From positions 16,842-80,841 of the forward strand of contig JAUJPG010000021.1 of NCBI GenBank assembly GCA_030447245.1: a stretch of DNA of 64,000 nucleotides. The letters are read 5' to 3'. Shown piece by piece: positions 1 through 10,559 of this stretch (position 1 is the stretch's first letter; the number at the start of each line of letters is the position of its first letter). The position numbers and the translations under genes are program-made. The notes beneath the pieces were generated by a model, which ran no database searches, had not been told where the DNA came from, and saw only the letters and a program-made list of their open reading frames with translations. Origin of the DNA: Chloroflexota bacterium. GTDB lineage: Bacteria > Chloroflexota > UBA6077 > JACCZL01.

Positions 1-966
1 CCCGGAGCCCGCGTCGTCGACGATGACCTCGAGGCTTCCGTCAGGCAGGCGGCGGATGCCTCGCACGGTGGAGATGTCCCGGATGACTCCGAGCGCCCTT
101 CGGCCGAGCTCAGGTCCGACAACCCTCACCAACTCGCCCCCCATCGCCTTGCGCCGGACCTCGTCCGGCGTGCCGTTCGCCACTAAACGACCCTCCTTGA
201 GCACGACAATCGCGTCACAGTACTCGGCTTCCGTGACATATTGGGTGGTGACGATGAGCGTGCGGCCCTCGTCGCGAAGCTCGCGGAACCGCTCCCAGAA
301 CTTTGCGCGCAAGACCGGGTCGATCCCGGCGGTCGGCTCGTCTAGGAAAATGATCTCCGGGCTGTGGATCAGCGTCGCGGCAAGCCCCAGGCGGCGCTGC
401 ATGCCACCACTGAGCTCGCTGGCGGTCCGCTTGCGCGCGTCCCACAGTTCGACGAAGTCCAACGCGGTGCGCACGCGACGGCCGCGCTTGAACCAGTTCA
501 TCCCATAGACCGAGGCCGCGAAATTCAAGTTCTCCAGGACTGACAGCTCGGGAAACAGCGCGAAGAGCTGCGGGAGGTAACCCATTCCCTCACGATCACG
601 GCGGCGGAACTTGTGCGGCTCGCGGCCGAGGACGCGCATCTCGCCGCTCGTCGGGCGAATGACGCCGAGCATCATCCGCATCGCCGTGGTCTTGCCGCTG
701 CCGCTTGGGCCGATGACCCCGAATATCGACCCACGCGGGATGTCGAACGTCACCTCGCTCACGACGTCCTTGTCCCCGAACTGCTTGCCGACGCCGCGCG
801 CGGTCACCGCCGCGTCGCCATCCAGCGCCACGGCCGGCGCCTGCCGCGGCTTCCCTGGCTGGTCGACCGCATCCGCGATCTCGGCGGTTGCTGCCCGCTC
901 GACAATCTCCACGGTCGCGCGATCTGACGGATGGGAGGTCGCCGATGGCCTGTTCTCGAGGGACAT
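1..966 (-). CDS. ABC transporter ATP-binding protein (3' end runs off the left window edge)
   Basis: Not in the ORF track because there is no stop inside the window. Reverse-strand translation from ATG (964-966) reads MSLENRPS... and stays open to position 1. It contains GVIGPSGSGKTTAMRMM (Walker A), LSGGMQRRLGLAA (ABC signature), IIFLDEPTAGID (Walker B) and TLIVTTQY (H-loop region). Confidence 0.85.
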   Translation of the reverse strand, partial: MSLENRPSATSHPSDRATVEIVERAATAEIADAVDQPGKPRQAPAVALDGDAAVTARGVGKQFGDKDVVSEVTFDIPRGSIFGVIGPSGSGKTTAMRMMLGVIRPTSGEMRVLGREPHKFRRRDREGMGYLPQLFALFPELSVLENLNFAASVYGMNWFKRGRRVRTALDFVELWDARKRTASELSGGMQRRLGLAATLIHSPEIIFLDEPTAGIDPVLRAKFWERFRELRDEGRTLIVTTQYVTEAEYCDAIVVLKEGRLVANGTPDEVRRKAMGGELVRVVGPELGRRALGVIRDISTVRGIRRLPDGSLEVIVDDAGSG

Positions 967-1308
967 GGTCAACTTTCTCCGGACGCTTCGTTGACCCGCC
1001 CTGGCTAGGAGAGCGGCGAGGCTTATCGGCGGGAACGCTGTCGCGGGGGAAGCAAGAGACGTGCCACTCGGGGCGAGTCGAGGAGGCTGGGGGACCACGG
1101 CCACCGGCGTCGACCGGCGCCGTGAAGCTGCTCGGTATAATCCGCGCCGGCATGCGCCCTCTGGGTTCACTTGTGACGGGGCGCCGAGAGGCCCTCGAAC
1201 CCGGACGAATGATGGTCTGACGCGCCATGTGGCGCGTTCGGGGAAGGCCCTGTTGAGAGCGTCGGTGGTGCCGACGCGACGCACTGCGCTGAGGAGCGAG
1301 GAGATCCC

Positions 1309-4300
1309 ATGGCGGAAACCGCGGCGGCCATCGACACTCTCGATCAGCGCCAGCTGCTCACGGCGCTGCGGGCAGCGCGCAAGGGCGACTTCAGCGTCCG
1401 CCTGCCGACAAGCCTGACCGGCATGGCCGGTGAGATCGCCGAGACGTTCAACGACGTCGTCGAGCTCAATCAACGGACCTCCGTTGAGCTCAAACGCATC
1501 AGCGCCGCTGTCGGCCGTGACGGCCGGATCGGCCAGCGCGCAACCCTTGGTGCCGTCAGCGGCTCCTGGGCCGGCAACGTCGACTGCGTCAACCTGATGA
1601 TCGACGACCTCACACAGCCAACGGCCGAGGTCAGCCGGGTCCTCGGAGCCGTAGCCAAGGGCGACCTCAACCAGCGTATGACGCTAGACATCGATGGCCG
1701 CCCGCTCAAGGGTGAGTTCCTGCGTTCGAGCAAGATCGTCAACACCATGGTCGACCAGTTGAACGGGTTCGCATCGGAAGTCACCCGAGTGGCTCGTGAG
1801 GTCGGGACCGACGGCAAGCTTGGCGGCCAGGCCGACGTGAAGGGCGTATCCGGCACCTGGAAGGACCTGACCGACAGCGTCAACTCCATGGCGCGCAACC
1901 TGACCGAGCAGGTCCGCAACATCGCCGATGTGACCACGGCCGTGGCAAACGGCGACCTGTCACGCAAGATCACCGCTGACGCACGCGGGGAGATCCTGGA
2001 GCTGAAGAACACTATCAATATCATGGTCGACCAGCTCAACGGGTTCGCCTCCGAGGTCACCAGAGTCGCGCGCGAAGTGGGTACCGAAGGCAAGCTCGGT
2101 GGTCAGGCCGACGTGCAGGGGGTGTCCGGCACCTGGAAGGACCTGACCGACAGCGTCAACTTCATGGCGAGCAACCTGACCGGCCAGGTGCGGAACATCG
2201 CCGACGTGACGACGGCCGTGGCCAACGGCGACCTGTCCAGGAAGATCACCGCCGATGCTCAAGGCGAGATCCTGGAGCTCAAGAGCACGATCAACGTCAT
2301 GGTCGACCAGCTCAATGCGTTCGCGTCGGAGGTGACCCGCGTAGCCCGTGAGGTGGGCACGGAAGGCAAGCTGGGTGGCCAGGCTGACGTCCGCGACGTC
2401 TCGGGCACCTGGAAGGACCTGACCGACAGCGTCAACTCGATGGCCGGCAACCTGACCGGTCAGGTGCGCAACATCGCCGAGGTCACGACCGCGGTCGCCA
2501 ACGGCGACCTGTCGCGCAAGATCACCGCCGATGCTCAAGGCGAGATCCTCGAGCTCAAGAGCACGGTCAACACCATGGTCGACCAGCTCAACGGATTCGC
2601 TTCTGAGGTCACCCGCGTAGCTCGTGAGGTCGGCACCGAAGGCAAGCTGGGTGGCCAGGCCGCGGTCCGCGGGGTGGCCGGAACGTGGAAGGACCTGACC
2701 GACAGCGTCAACTTCATGGCCAGCAACCTGACCGGTCAGGTCCGCAACATCGCCACGGTCACGACGGCCGTCGCCAATGGCGACCTGTCCAGGAAGATCA
2801 CCGCCGACGCCCAGGGCGAGATCCTCGAGCTCAAGGACACCATCAACATCATGGTCGACCAGCTCAACGCGTTCGCTTCGGAGGTCACCAGGGTGGCCCG
2901 CGAGGTGGGGACGGAGGGCAAGCTGGGAGGCCAGGCCCAGGTGCGGGGTGTCGGCGGGACCTGGAAGGACCTGACCGACAGCGTCAACTCGATGGCTGGC
3001 AACCTGACCGAGCAGGTGCGCGGCATTGCGCGCGTCGTGACGGCCGTCGCCAACGGTCAGTTGAACCGCAAGCTGACCGTCGAGGCCAAGGGCGAAATCG
3101 CCGAGCTGGCCGAGACGATCAACAGCATGATCGACACCCTGGCAACGTTCGCCGAGCAGGTTACCGGCGTGGCCCGCGAGGTGGGCATCGAGGGGAAGCT
3201 TGGCGGTCAGGCCAGCGTGCCGGGCGCGGCTGGCACCTGGCGCGACTTGACCGACAACGTCAACCAGCTGGCGGCGAACCTGACCACGCAGGTGCGCGCC
3301 ATCGGCGAGGTGGCCACGGCAGTCACTCAGGGCGACCTGTCGCGGACGATCCAGGTGGACGCCCAGGGCGAGCTGGAGGAGCTCAAGGACAACGTCAACG
3401 AGATGATCCGCAACCTGCGGGACACCACCCAGCGGAACACCGAGCAGGATTGGCTGAAGACGAACCTGGCCCGCTTCACCGGCATGCTCCAGGGGCAGAA
3501 GGATCTCCAGACCGTCGGCCGGCTGATCCTGTCCGAGCTGGCGCCGCTCGTCGGCGTCCAGCACGGCGTTTTCTACTTGAACGAGCCGGCCAACGGCGAA
3601 CCATTGCTGAAGCTGCTGGCAAGCTACGCCTACCGGGAGCGCAAGCACCTGGCGAAAGAGTTCCGGATCGGCGAGGGGCTGGTCGGCCAGTGTGCGTACG
3701 AGAAGGAGCGGATCCTGCTGGCTAACGTCCCGGATGACTACGTCCAGGTCAACTCCGGACTGGGCGAGGCCACGCCGCGCAACGTCGTCGTCCTGCCGGT
3801 CCTGTTCGAGGGCGAGATCATGGCGGTTGTCGAGCTGGCCTCGCTGGACCGCTTCAACCCGATCCACCTGTCGTTCCTGGATCAGCTCACCGAGAGCATC
3901 GGCATCGTGCTCAACACCGTGGGCGCGAACATCCGCACCGAAGAGCTGCTCAAGCAATCACAGGCGCTAACCTCGGAGCTTCAGGAGCAGCAGGAGGAGC
4001 TGCAGCAGACGAACGAGGAGCTCGAGGAGAAGGCCCGCCTCTTGTCCGAGCAGAACGCCGAGGTCGAGCGCCGCCGGCGCGAGATCGACGATGCCCGCCT
4101 GGCGCTCGAGCAGAAGGCGGAGCAGCTGGCGCTCACGTCGACCTACAAGTCCCAGTTCCTGGCGAACATGTCTCACGAGCTCCGCACGCCGCTGAACAGC
4201 CTGCTGATCCTGTCTCAGCAGCTGGCCGACAACCCGGACGGCAATCTGACCGGCAAGCAGGTCGAGTTTGCACGGACGATCCGCGAAGCCGGCGACGACC

Positions 4301-6327
4301 TGCTGACCTTGATCAACGACATCCTGGACCTGTCCAAGATCGAGTCGGGCACGACGTCCATCGACATCGGCCAGGTCCAGTTCGCCGACATCGCCGAGGA
4401 CCAGGACCGGCTGTTCCGCCAGCTGGCGATTCAGAAGGCGCTGGACTTCAGGATCGACCTGGATCCAAACCTGCCGCGCGTGATCAGCACAGACGCAACG
4501 CGGCTGCAGCAGGTGCTCAAGAATCTCTTGTCGAACGCCTTCAAGTTCACCGACACCGGGGGTGTCACGCTCCGCATCGCGCCGGCCCTGCGTGGCTGGA
4601 GCGCCGAGCACGAAGTGCTCAACCGCGCTCGAATGGTCGTTGCTTTCGCGGTCGCCGACAGCGGCGTCGGCATTCCGCCGGATAAGCAGGCGGTGATCTT
4701 CGAAGCGTTCCAGCAGGCCGACATGCAGACCAGCCGCCGCTTCGGGGGTACCGGCCTCGGGCTGTCGATCAGCCGCGAGATCGCTCGCCTGCTCGGCGGT
4801 GAGATCACGCTGACGAGTCGACCCGGGGAAGGCAGCACCTTCACCCTGTACCTGCCGATCACCTACGCCGCGATTGGCGGACGGAACGGCCAGCGCAGCG
4901 CGTCGATCGGCGCGGCCGACGCCTGGCCGAGCGACGACCCGAGGCGCAGTAGTGACAGCGAACGCTGGCGCGCTGGCCTTGGCTATGCCTCGCGCGGCCC
5001 AAGCGTGACGCATGAGCCGAATGTCATGACCAGCACGGGAACCACCAACGTCGGCGCCGAACTGGCCGCCCCCGACTCCCCAGACGCGGCCGAACGTGCC
5101 ACCGCGCCGGCCACGAGTGAAGTGGAGGACGACCGCGCCGCGATCAAGGAGCGCGACCGAGTGATGCTGGTCGTGGAGGACGACGTCGCCTTCGCTCGAA
5201 TCCTGCTGGAAACCGCCCGCGAGCGGGGCTTCAAGGGCATCGTCGCCCTGGACGGCAATGAGGCCCTCACCCTGGCTCGGCGGCATAAGCCCGACGCCAT
5301 TACGCTGGACATGCAGCTACCGGAGCTCGACGGCTGGAAGGTGCTGGATCGTCTCAAGCACGATCCGCTCACCCGCCACGTGCCGGTCCATGTCATCTCG
5401 GCCGGCGACCAGCGCCAGCGCGCGCTCGAGATCGGCGCGATCGCCCACCTCCGCAAGCCGGTCAGCAAGGAAGCCCTCGTCGAGGCGTTTGACAGCTTGT
5501 CGAGCTTCGTCGACCGTCGTTCGAAGAAGCTGCTGGTCGTTGAGGACGATGACGCTCAACGGGCGGCGATCGTCGAGCTGATCGGCAACGGCGACGTCGA
5601 GACGACGGCGGTCCGTAATGGCGTTGAGGCGTTGTCCGCGCTGGAACGGGAGCGGTTCGATTGCGTGGTGATCGACCTCGGGTTGTCCGACATGACCGGG
5701 TTGGAGCTGATCCGCAAGATCAAGGACGGCGACGCCCTCTCGCCCTGCCCGATCATCGTCTACACCGGCAAAGACCTGACTCGGCAGGAGGACGCTGAGC
5801 TTCGCAAACTCGCCCAGACGATCATCGTCAAGGACGCCAGATCACCGGAGCGTCTGCTCGACGAGACGGCGCTGTTCCTGCACCGGGTCGAGGCGCGGCT
5901 GCCGGAAGCCAAGCAGCGGATCCTGCGCGAGCTGCACCGGTCCGACCCGATTCTCGAGGGCAAGAAGGTGTTGATCGTCGACGACGACATGCGCAACATC
6001 TTCGCGCTGACCAGCGCCCTGGAGCGATACAAGATGGAGGTGTCGTACGCCGAGAACGGGCGCGACGGCATCGAGGCGCTGCGTACCGGCGCCGGGGCCG
6101 AGGTCGTCCTCATGGATGTGATGATGCCGGAGATGGATGGGTTCGAGTCCATCCGCGCCATCCGCGCCATCCCGCGTTTCGCCGACTTGCCGATCATCGC
6201 GCTGACCGCGAAGGCGATGAAGGGCGATCGGGAGAAATGCATCGAGGCTGGAGCGTCCGACTACATCACCAAGCCAGTCAACGTCGACCAGCTGCTGTCG
6301 CTAATGCGTGTCTGGCTGTACCGGTAG
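1309..6327 (+). CDS. Hybrid sensor histidine kinase: poly-HAMP array, GAF, coiled coil, HisKA, HATPase_c and three receiver domains
   Basis: 1672-aa ORF in the track. Seven 92-aa di-HAMP-like units are followed by a GAF-like segment ([19 protein letters not shown]) and a Q/E-rich coiled coil. The kinase core has H-box [14 protein letters not shown] plus [16 protein letters not shown] and GGTGLGLSI. Three REC domains follow ([18 protein letters not shown]; [18 protein letters not shown]; [19 protein letters not shown]). Confidence 0.9.
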   Translation: MAETAAAIDTLDQRQLLTALRAARKGDFSVRLPTSLTGMAGEIAETFNDVVELNQRTSVELKRISAAVGRDGRIGQRATLGAVSGSWAGNVDCVNLMIDDLTQPTAEVSRVLGAVAKGDLNQRMTLDIDGRPLKGEFLRSSKIVNTMVDQLNGFASEVTRVAREVGTDGKLGGQADVKGVSGTWKDLTDSVNSMARNLTEQVRNIADVTTAVANGDLSRKITADARGEILELKNTINIMVDQLNGFASEVTRVAREVGTEGKLGGQADVQGVSGTWKDLTDSVNFMASNLTGQVRNIADVTTAVANGDLSRKITADAQGEILELKSTINVMVDQLNAFASEVTRVAREVGTEGKLGGQADVRDVSGTWKDLTDSVNSMAGNLTGQVRNIAEVTTAVANGDLSRKITADAQGEILELKSTVNTMVDQLNGFASEVTRVAREVGTEGKLGGQAAVRGVAGTWKDLTDSVNFMASNLTGQVRNIATVTTAVANGDLSRKITADAQGEILELKDTINIMVDQLNAFASEVTRVAREVGTEGKLGGQAQVRGVGGTWKDLTDSVNSMAGNLTEQVRGIARVVTAVANGQLNRKLTVEAKGEIAELAETINSMIDTLATFAEQVTGVAREVGIEGKLGGQASVPGAAGTWRDLTDNVNQLAANLTTQVRAIGEVATAVTQGDLSRTIQVDAQGELEELKDNVNEMIRNLRDTTQRNTEQDWLKTNLARFTGMLQGQKDLQTVGRLILSELAPLVGVQHGVFYLNEPANGEPLLKLLASYAYRERKHLAKEFRIGEGLVGQCAYEKERILLANVPDDYVQVNSGLGEATPRNVVVLPVLFEGEIMAVVELASLDRFNPIHLSFLDQLTESIGIVLNTVGANIRTEELLKQSQALTSELQEQQEELQQTNEELEEKARLLSEQNAEVERRRREIDDARLALEQKAEQLALTSTYKSQFLANMSHELRTPLNSLLILSQQLADNPDGNLTGKQVEFARTIREAGDDLLTLINDILDLSKIESGTTSIDIGQVQFADIAEDQDRLFRQLAIQKALDFRIDLDPNLPRVISTDATRLQQVLKNLLSNAFKFTDTGGVTLRIAPALRGWSAEHEVLNRARMVVAFAVADSGVGIPPDKQAVIFEAFQQADMQTSRRFGGTGLGLSISREIARLLGGEITLTSRPGEGSTFTLYLPITYAAIGGRNGQRSASIGAADAWPSDDPRRSSDSERWRAGLGYASRGPSVTHEPNVMTSTGTTNVGAELAAPDSPDAAERATAPATSEVEDDRAAIKERDRVMLVVEDDVAFARILLETARERGFKGIVALDGNEALTLARRHKPDAITLDMQLPELDGWKVLDRLKHDPLTRHVPVHVISAGDQRQRALEIGAIAHLRKPVSKEALVEAFDSLSSFVDRRSKKLLVVEDDDAQRAAIVELIGNGDVETTAVRNGVEALSALERERFDCVVIDLGLSDMTGLELIRKIKDGDALSPCPIIVYTGKDLTRQEDAELRKLAQTIIVKDARSPERLLDETALFLHRVEARLPEAKQRILRELHRSDPILEGKKVLIVDDDMRNIFALTSALERYKMEVSYAENGRDGIEALRTGAGAEVVLMDVMMPEMDGFESIRAIRAIPRFADLPIIALTAKAMKGDREKCIEAGASDYITKPVNVDQLLSLMRVWLYR
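1471..3418 (+). repeat. In-frame tandem array, 7 units of about 276 bp (92 aa), encoding the poly-HAMP region
   Basis: The unit start codon (NGF/NAF/ATF) recurs at 1762, 2038, 2314, 2590, 2866 and 3142, an exact 276-bp period. A more diverged first unit starts near 1471. Consensus: [83 protein letters not shown]. Confidence 0.9.
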
Positions 6328-6372
6328 CGGTGCGCACCGGACCCCGATCGCCGATCGGCGAGAAGGCAGGCT

Positions 6373-7209
6373 GTGACTACACCGACGCGGGACAATGCGC
6401 TCGAGGACATGGAGATCGAGCTGCTGCTCGAGGGGATCCACCGCCACTACGGCTACGACTTTCGCAACTACGCCCTGTCGTCGCTGCGGCGCCGAATCCG
6501 CGACCGAGTGCAGGCGGAGCAGCTTCGCACGGTCTCTGGCCTCAAGGAGAAGGTCCTCCACGACCCGGCGTGCATGGAGCGACTGCTGCTCAGCTTGTCG
6601 GTCAACGTCAGCGCCATGTTCCGCGACCCCGGCCTCTACCGTGCGATCCGGTCCGCCGTCGTGCCGCTACTTCGGACGTATCCGTTCATCCGAATCTGGC
6701 ACGCCGGCTGCTCGACCGGCGAGGAAGTCTATTCGATGGCGATCGTGCTCCAGGAGGAGGGGCTGTACGACCGCTGCCGGCTGTACGCGACAGACATGAA
6801 CGAGGCGGTCCTCCGCACGGCACGCGCGGGCCTGTTCCCACTGGCAGCCATGAAGGCCTACACCGCCAACTACCTCCAGGCGGCCGGTACTGCCGAGTTC
6901 TCGCGCTACTACACCGTCAGTCACGACCGTGCCATGTTCAATCCAGCGCTCAAGAAGAACGTGGTCTTCGCTCAGCACAACCTGGCAATGGACGGCCCGT
7001 TCAACGACTTCCACCTCATCGTGTGTCGAAACGTGATGATCTACTTCGACAAGACGCTGCGGGCGCGAGTCCACGCTTTGTTCCTGGAGAGCCTCGTCCG
7101 GTTTGGCTTCCTCTGTCTCGGCAGCAAGGAGACAATCAGGCACACGCACGTTGAGACTGAGTACGCCGCGTTCGACGCGCGCGAAAAGATTTACCGAAGA
7201 ATCCGGTAG
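6373..7209 (+). CDS. cheR: CheR-type protein-glutamate O-methyltransferase
   Basis: 278 aa with a GTG start. It has the CheR N-terminal helical part (ELLLEGIHRHYGYDFRNYALSSLRRRI) and a SAM-methyltransferase core (IRIWHAGCSTGEEVYSMAI, LIVCRNVMIYFD). Confidence 0.9.
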   Translation: MTTPTRDNALEDMEIELLLEGIHRHYGYDFRNYALSSLRRRIRDRVQAEQLRTVSGLKEKVLHDPACMERLLLSLSVNVSAMFRDPGLYRAIRSAVVPLLRTYPFIRIWHAGCSTGEEVYSMAIVLQEEGLYDRCRLYATDMNEAVLRTARAGLFPLAAMKAYTANYLQAAGTAEFSRYYTVSHDRAMFNPALKKNVVFAQHNLAMDGPFNDFHLIVCRNVMIYFDKTLRARVHALFLESLVRFGFLCLGSKETIRHTHVETEYAAFDAREKIYRRIR

Positions 7210-7241
7210 TCGCGTGCTGGCGCGGCAGGGACAGAACGCTG

Positions 7242-7847
7242 ATGGCCTACCAACTGGTCGTGGTCGGTACGTCTCTGGGCGGTTTCGAGGCGCTCACGGT
7301 CCTCCTGGGCGGGCTACCGGCGAATTTTCCCTTGCCGTTGGCGGTCGTTCAGCACCGCGGCTCGAGCGTCGAAGAGCCGAGCTCTGGGGTCGACCTCCCG
7401 CTCCTGCTCCAGCGTCACGCCGAGCTGACGATCGCCGACGCTGAGGACAAGGATGCATTGCTGCCCGGCCGGGTCTACCTCGCGCCGGTCGGCTACCATC
7501 TCCTCGTCGAGGAGGGCAGCGTGGCACTGTCCACGGATCGGCCGGTCTGGCACGCGCGTCCGTCGATCGACGTCCTTTTCGAGTCGGCCGCGGATGTCTA
7601 CGGCGCAGCAACGATCGGTCTGGCGTTGACCGGGTCGAGCCAGGACGGGGCCGCTGGCCTGGCGCGGATCAAGCGCCAGGGCGGGCTGGCCATCGTGCAG
7701 CAGCCGGCGACCTCCGCTAGCCGCGTATTGCCAGACGCCGCGCTCAAGGGCACCGAAGTGGATTGGACCGTCCCACTGGGCGAGATCGCGCCACTGCTCC
7801 GTAGACTGCTTGGAAGCCCCGCGAGCGAGAGCCCAACGGGGTTGTGA
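7242..7847 (+). CDS. cheB: CheB-type protein-glutamate methylesterase, catalytic domain only (no receiver domain)
   Basis: 201 aa. Motifs seen: LVVVGTSLGGFEAL, LAVVQHRG, LTGSSQDGAAGL. The length leaves no room for the N-terminal REC domain of canonical CheB. Confidence 0.85.
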   Translation: MAYQLVVVGTSLGGFEALTVLLGGLPANFPLPLAVVQHRGSSVEEPSSGVDLPLLLQRHAELTIADAEDKDALLPGRVYLAPVGYHLLVEEGSVALSTDRPVWHARPSIDVLFESAADVYGAATIGLALTGSSQDGAAGLARIKRQGGLAIVQQPATSASRVLPDAALKGTEVDWTVPLGEIAPLLRRLLGSPASESPTGL

Positions 7848-9453
7848 GGTGCTAGACGCGCTGCCCCCGACCGAGATCCGCTCCGTTTCCTTGCCGCCGG
7901 TCAACATCCTGCTCGTCGACGACGAGCCAAAGAACCTGACGGCGCTCGACGCCGTGCTGGCCGCGCCAGATCGTAACCTGGTCAACGCCACCGGAGGCGC
8001 GGAAGCGCTCAGACACCTGCTCCATGACGATTTTGCTGTCATCCTGCTCGACGTCCACATGCCGGGCATGGACGGCTTTGAGACGGCCGAGCTCATTCGC
8101 GGCCGCGAGCGGTCGCGGGACACTCCGATCATCTTTCTGACCGCCGCCACGCGCGGCGAGCCCTTCATCTCGCGCGGCTACTCGGTGGGCGCCGTCGACT
8201 ACATCGTCAAGCCGTTCGACCCGGACATCCTGCGTTCGAAGGTCGCCGTGTTCGTCGAGCTGTTCAGCAAGACCGAGCAGGTCAAACGTCACGCCGAGGA
8301 GCAGGCGCGCTTCCTAGAGGAGCGAGCGCGTTTCCTGGAGGAGCGGGCTGCACGTACCGAGGCTGAGGCCGCCCGCGACCGTTTGCAGCAAGTCGTCGAC
8401 GTCTTCCCGGAGGCGATCACGATCGCCGACGCCGACGGCCGGATCGTGTTGAGCAATGCGACCGCCGGCGAGATCATGGGGCGTTTGCCGGGGCAAGTCG
8501 ACCACGCCGCGACGGACGGCGTCGACCTGCTGAAGCTGGACGGCTCGCCCTACCCGCCGGATGAGGTGCCGCTGGCGCGCGTGGTGCTGCGCGGTAAGGT
8601 CGTGCGGGGCGAACAGCTCCTGATCGTCAACGCGCTCACCGGCGAGCACCGCCCGGTCCTGGTCAACGGCGCCCCGCTTCGCGACGTCGGTGGGGCCGTT
8701 GTCGGCGCGGTGCTGGTCTTCCAGGACATCTCGCCGATCAAGGATCTGGAGCGGCAGAAAGACGAGTTCCTGGCCGCCACGTCGCACGACCTCAAGAGTC
8801 CGCTCACGGCGATCAAGATGCGCGCCCAGCTCCTCCAGCGACGGGCCGCCGGTCTCGAGTCCCCCGAGGCTGAAGCGATCGCCGAAGGACTCGTCGCAAT
8901 CGACAAGGCCACGTCGCGGCTGACGTCGACGATCGACGCGCTGCTCGACGTCGCATGCCTCCAGATGGACCGCCCGCTCGATCTCGATCGGGGGCCGACG
9001 AACCTGGGGGAGGTTGCACGCCAGGTGGCGGCCGACCTACAAGCGGGGACCGAGCGCCACGAGATCCGCGTCGTCGGTGAGGATCAGCTCGTCGGCAACT
9101 GGGACCGCGCGCGGCTCGAGCGGGTCATCACCAACCTGATCGGGAACGCCATCAAGTACAGTCCGAACGGCGGGCCGGTCACGCTCACGCTGGAGCGTGA
9201 CGGTGAAGACTGGGGCACCCTCCACGTGTGCGATGAGGGTCTTGGCATTCCATCCACTGAGCTGCCGCGAATCTTCGAGCGATTCTACCGCGGCAGCAAC
9301 GTCGCGACGAAGATCGAGGGCACCGGTATCGGCCTGGCGGGCGCCTATCAGATCGTCGCGCAGCACGGCGGAACTCTCACCGCCGAGAGCCGAGAGGGCG
9401 AGGGCAGCACCTTCACCCTGCGCCTCCCGCTGGAGCCCACTGACACAACGTAG
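7810..9453 (+). CDS. Response-regulator receiver / PAS / histidine kinase fusion
   Basis: The track ORF starts at TTG 7810. GTG at 7849, just after the cheB stop, is an equally plausible start. Domains: REC (ILLVDDEPKNL..ILLDVHMPGMDG), a coiled coil with duplicated ARFLEER, PAS-like (FPEAITIADADGRIVLSNATAGEIMG), H-box FLAATSHDLKSPLTAI, and HATPase (NLIGNAIKYSPNGG, GTGIGLAGA). Confidence 0.85.
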   Translation: MEAPRARAQRGCEVLDALPPTEIRSVSLPPVNILLVDDEPKNLTALDAVLAAPDRNLVNATGGAEALRHLLHDDFAVILLDVHMPGMDGFETAELIRGRERSRDTPIIFLTAATRGEPFISRGYSVGAVDYIVKPFDPDILRSKVAVFVELFSKTEQVKRHAEEQARFLEERARFLEERAARTEAEAARDRLQQVVDVFPEAITIADADGRIVLSNATAGEIMGRLPGQVDHAATDGVDLLKLDGSPYPPDEVPLARVVLRGKVVRGEQLLIVNALTGEHRPVLVNGAPLRDVGGAVVGAVLVFQDISPIKDLERQKDEFLAATSHDLKSPLTAIKMRAQLLQRRAAGLESPEAEAIAEGLVAIDKATSRLTSTIDALLDVACLQMDRPLDLDRGPTNLGEVARQVAADLQAGTERHEIRVVGEDQLVGNWDRARLERVITNLIGNAIKYSPNGGPVTLTLERDGEDWGTLHVCDEGLGIPSTELPRIFERFYRGSNVATKIEGTGIGLAGAYQIVAQHGGTLTAESREGEGSTFTLRLPLEPTDTT

Positions 9454-9629
9454 CTACCCGAGCTGTCGACGCCCACTGATAGCGGCGTGAGTTTGACGCA
9501 ACGTGACGGTGATGCCCGGCACGAAGCTCGTCGGGCATGCTTCCATCGTCGGGCGTCGGTCAAGCGTGGACGGGTATCCTGCCTTGCGTACTGATTGGAT
9601 CGCGGCGGGCCGAGAACCCGGGGGATGTT

Positions 9630-10559
9630 ATGACTGACAGCACCTTCGACCGCGCGGCGCTGGCCGGACTGGGGGTGATCGACGTCCACGTCCACGTCGG
9701 CCCGGAGCTGGTCCGGCGCAAGTACGACGTGCTGACCCTCGCCGCCGAGCTGCGGGCGGCGAATCTGGGCGCGGTCCTCAAGAACCACTTCATTCCGACG
9801 ACGGCCTGGACGTCCCTCGCTCGCGCCCGCGGCGCGGTCGACCTATACGGCAGCGTGGTGCTCAATCACAGCGTCGGCGGGCTGAACCCAGCTGCCATCC
9901 GCGCCGCCATCGGCGCCAACAAGGCCGACCCGGCCAGTGTCGCGCCCGATCACCAGCGGATCATGGTCTGGATGCCCTCGATCCATGCCGCCGCCCATCT
10001 CGCCTACGTTGGCCGTGACCTGCTACCTGAGTGGGGCTGCGCCGAACAGTACTCCCTGCCGGCTGACCAGATCGACGGAATCAGAGTCCTCGAACGCGGC
10101 GAGCTATCCGAGGCAGCCGTGGCAATCCTCGAGGCCGTCCGCGACGAGGATCTCGCGCTGGCTACCTGCCACGTTTCCCGTGACGAGGTCTTCGCTCTGG
10201 TCGAGCGCGCCTCAGCCATGGGCATCCAGCGAATCGTAGTCACCCACCCGTTCTACCAGGTGACCGACCTCTCGATCGACGAGCAGTGCCAGCTTGCGCG
10301 CTACCCCGGCGTCTACCTGGAGCACAGCTACGCCGTCCACGTCATGGATCATATCGTCCTCGACCGCTACCTCCAGGCAATCGAGGCCGTCGGCCCAGAG
10401 CACACGATCTTGTCTACCGACCTCGGCCAGGTTGCCAACCCGTCCATCGCCGACGGCTGGTGCATCTTCATCAACCTGCTGATCCAGGCCGGCCTCCCGC
10501 TCGAGCATATCCGCACGATGGCCGCGACGAATCCGAGGCGGGTGCTGGGCGACCGCTAG
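9630..10559 (+). CDS. Metal-dependent hydrolase, amidohydrolase/TIM-barrel-like (function unknown)
   Basis: The track ORF 9537-10559 has an internal ATG at 9630 preceded by GGGGGA, which is the likelier start (MTDSTFDRAAL). It carries the N-terminal HxH motif VIDVHVHVGP typical of amidohydrolase-fold enzymes. The family name was not verified. Confidence 0.55.
   Translation: MTDSTFDRAALAGLGVIDVHVHVGPELVRRKYDVLTLAAELRAANLGAVLKNHFIPTTAWTSLARARGAVDLYGSVVLNHSVGGLNPAAIRAAIGANKADPASVAPDHQRIMVWMPSIHAAAHLAYVGRDLLPEWGCAEQYSLPADQIDGIRVLERGELSEAAVAILEAVRDEDLALATCHVSRDEVFALVERASAMGIQRIVVTHPFYQVTDLSIDEQCQLARYPGVYLEHSYAVHVMDHIVLDRYLQAIEAVGPEHTILSTDLGQVANPSIADGWCIFINLLIQAGLPLEHIRTMAATNPRRVLGDR

Noticed and set aside
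1960-3957. 665-aa minus-strand ORF (plus several 60-200-aa ORFs) antisense to the poly-HAMP kinase
   Set aside because: It lies entirely inside a gene with strong domain evidence. Its translation is repetitive Leu/Asp/Val/Gly-rich mirror text of the HAMP repeats. Long antisense ORFs are expected in GC-rich DNA.
8299-8345. 21-bp tandem duplication encoding ARFLEER-ARFLEER in the second kinase
   Set aside because: It is real but small and in-frame within a coiled-coil linker. No functional inference is justified.
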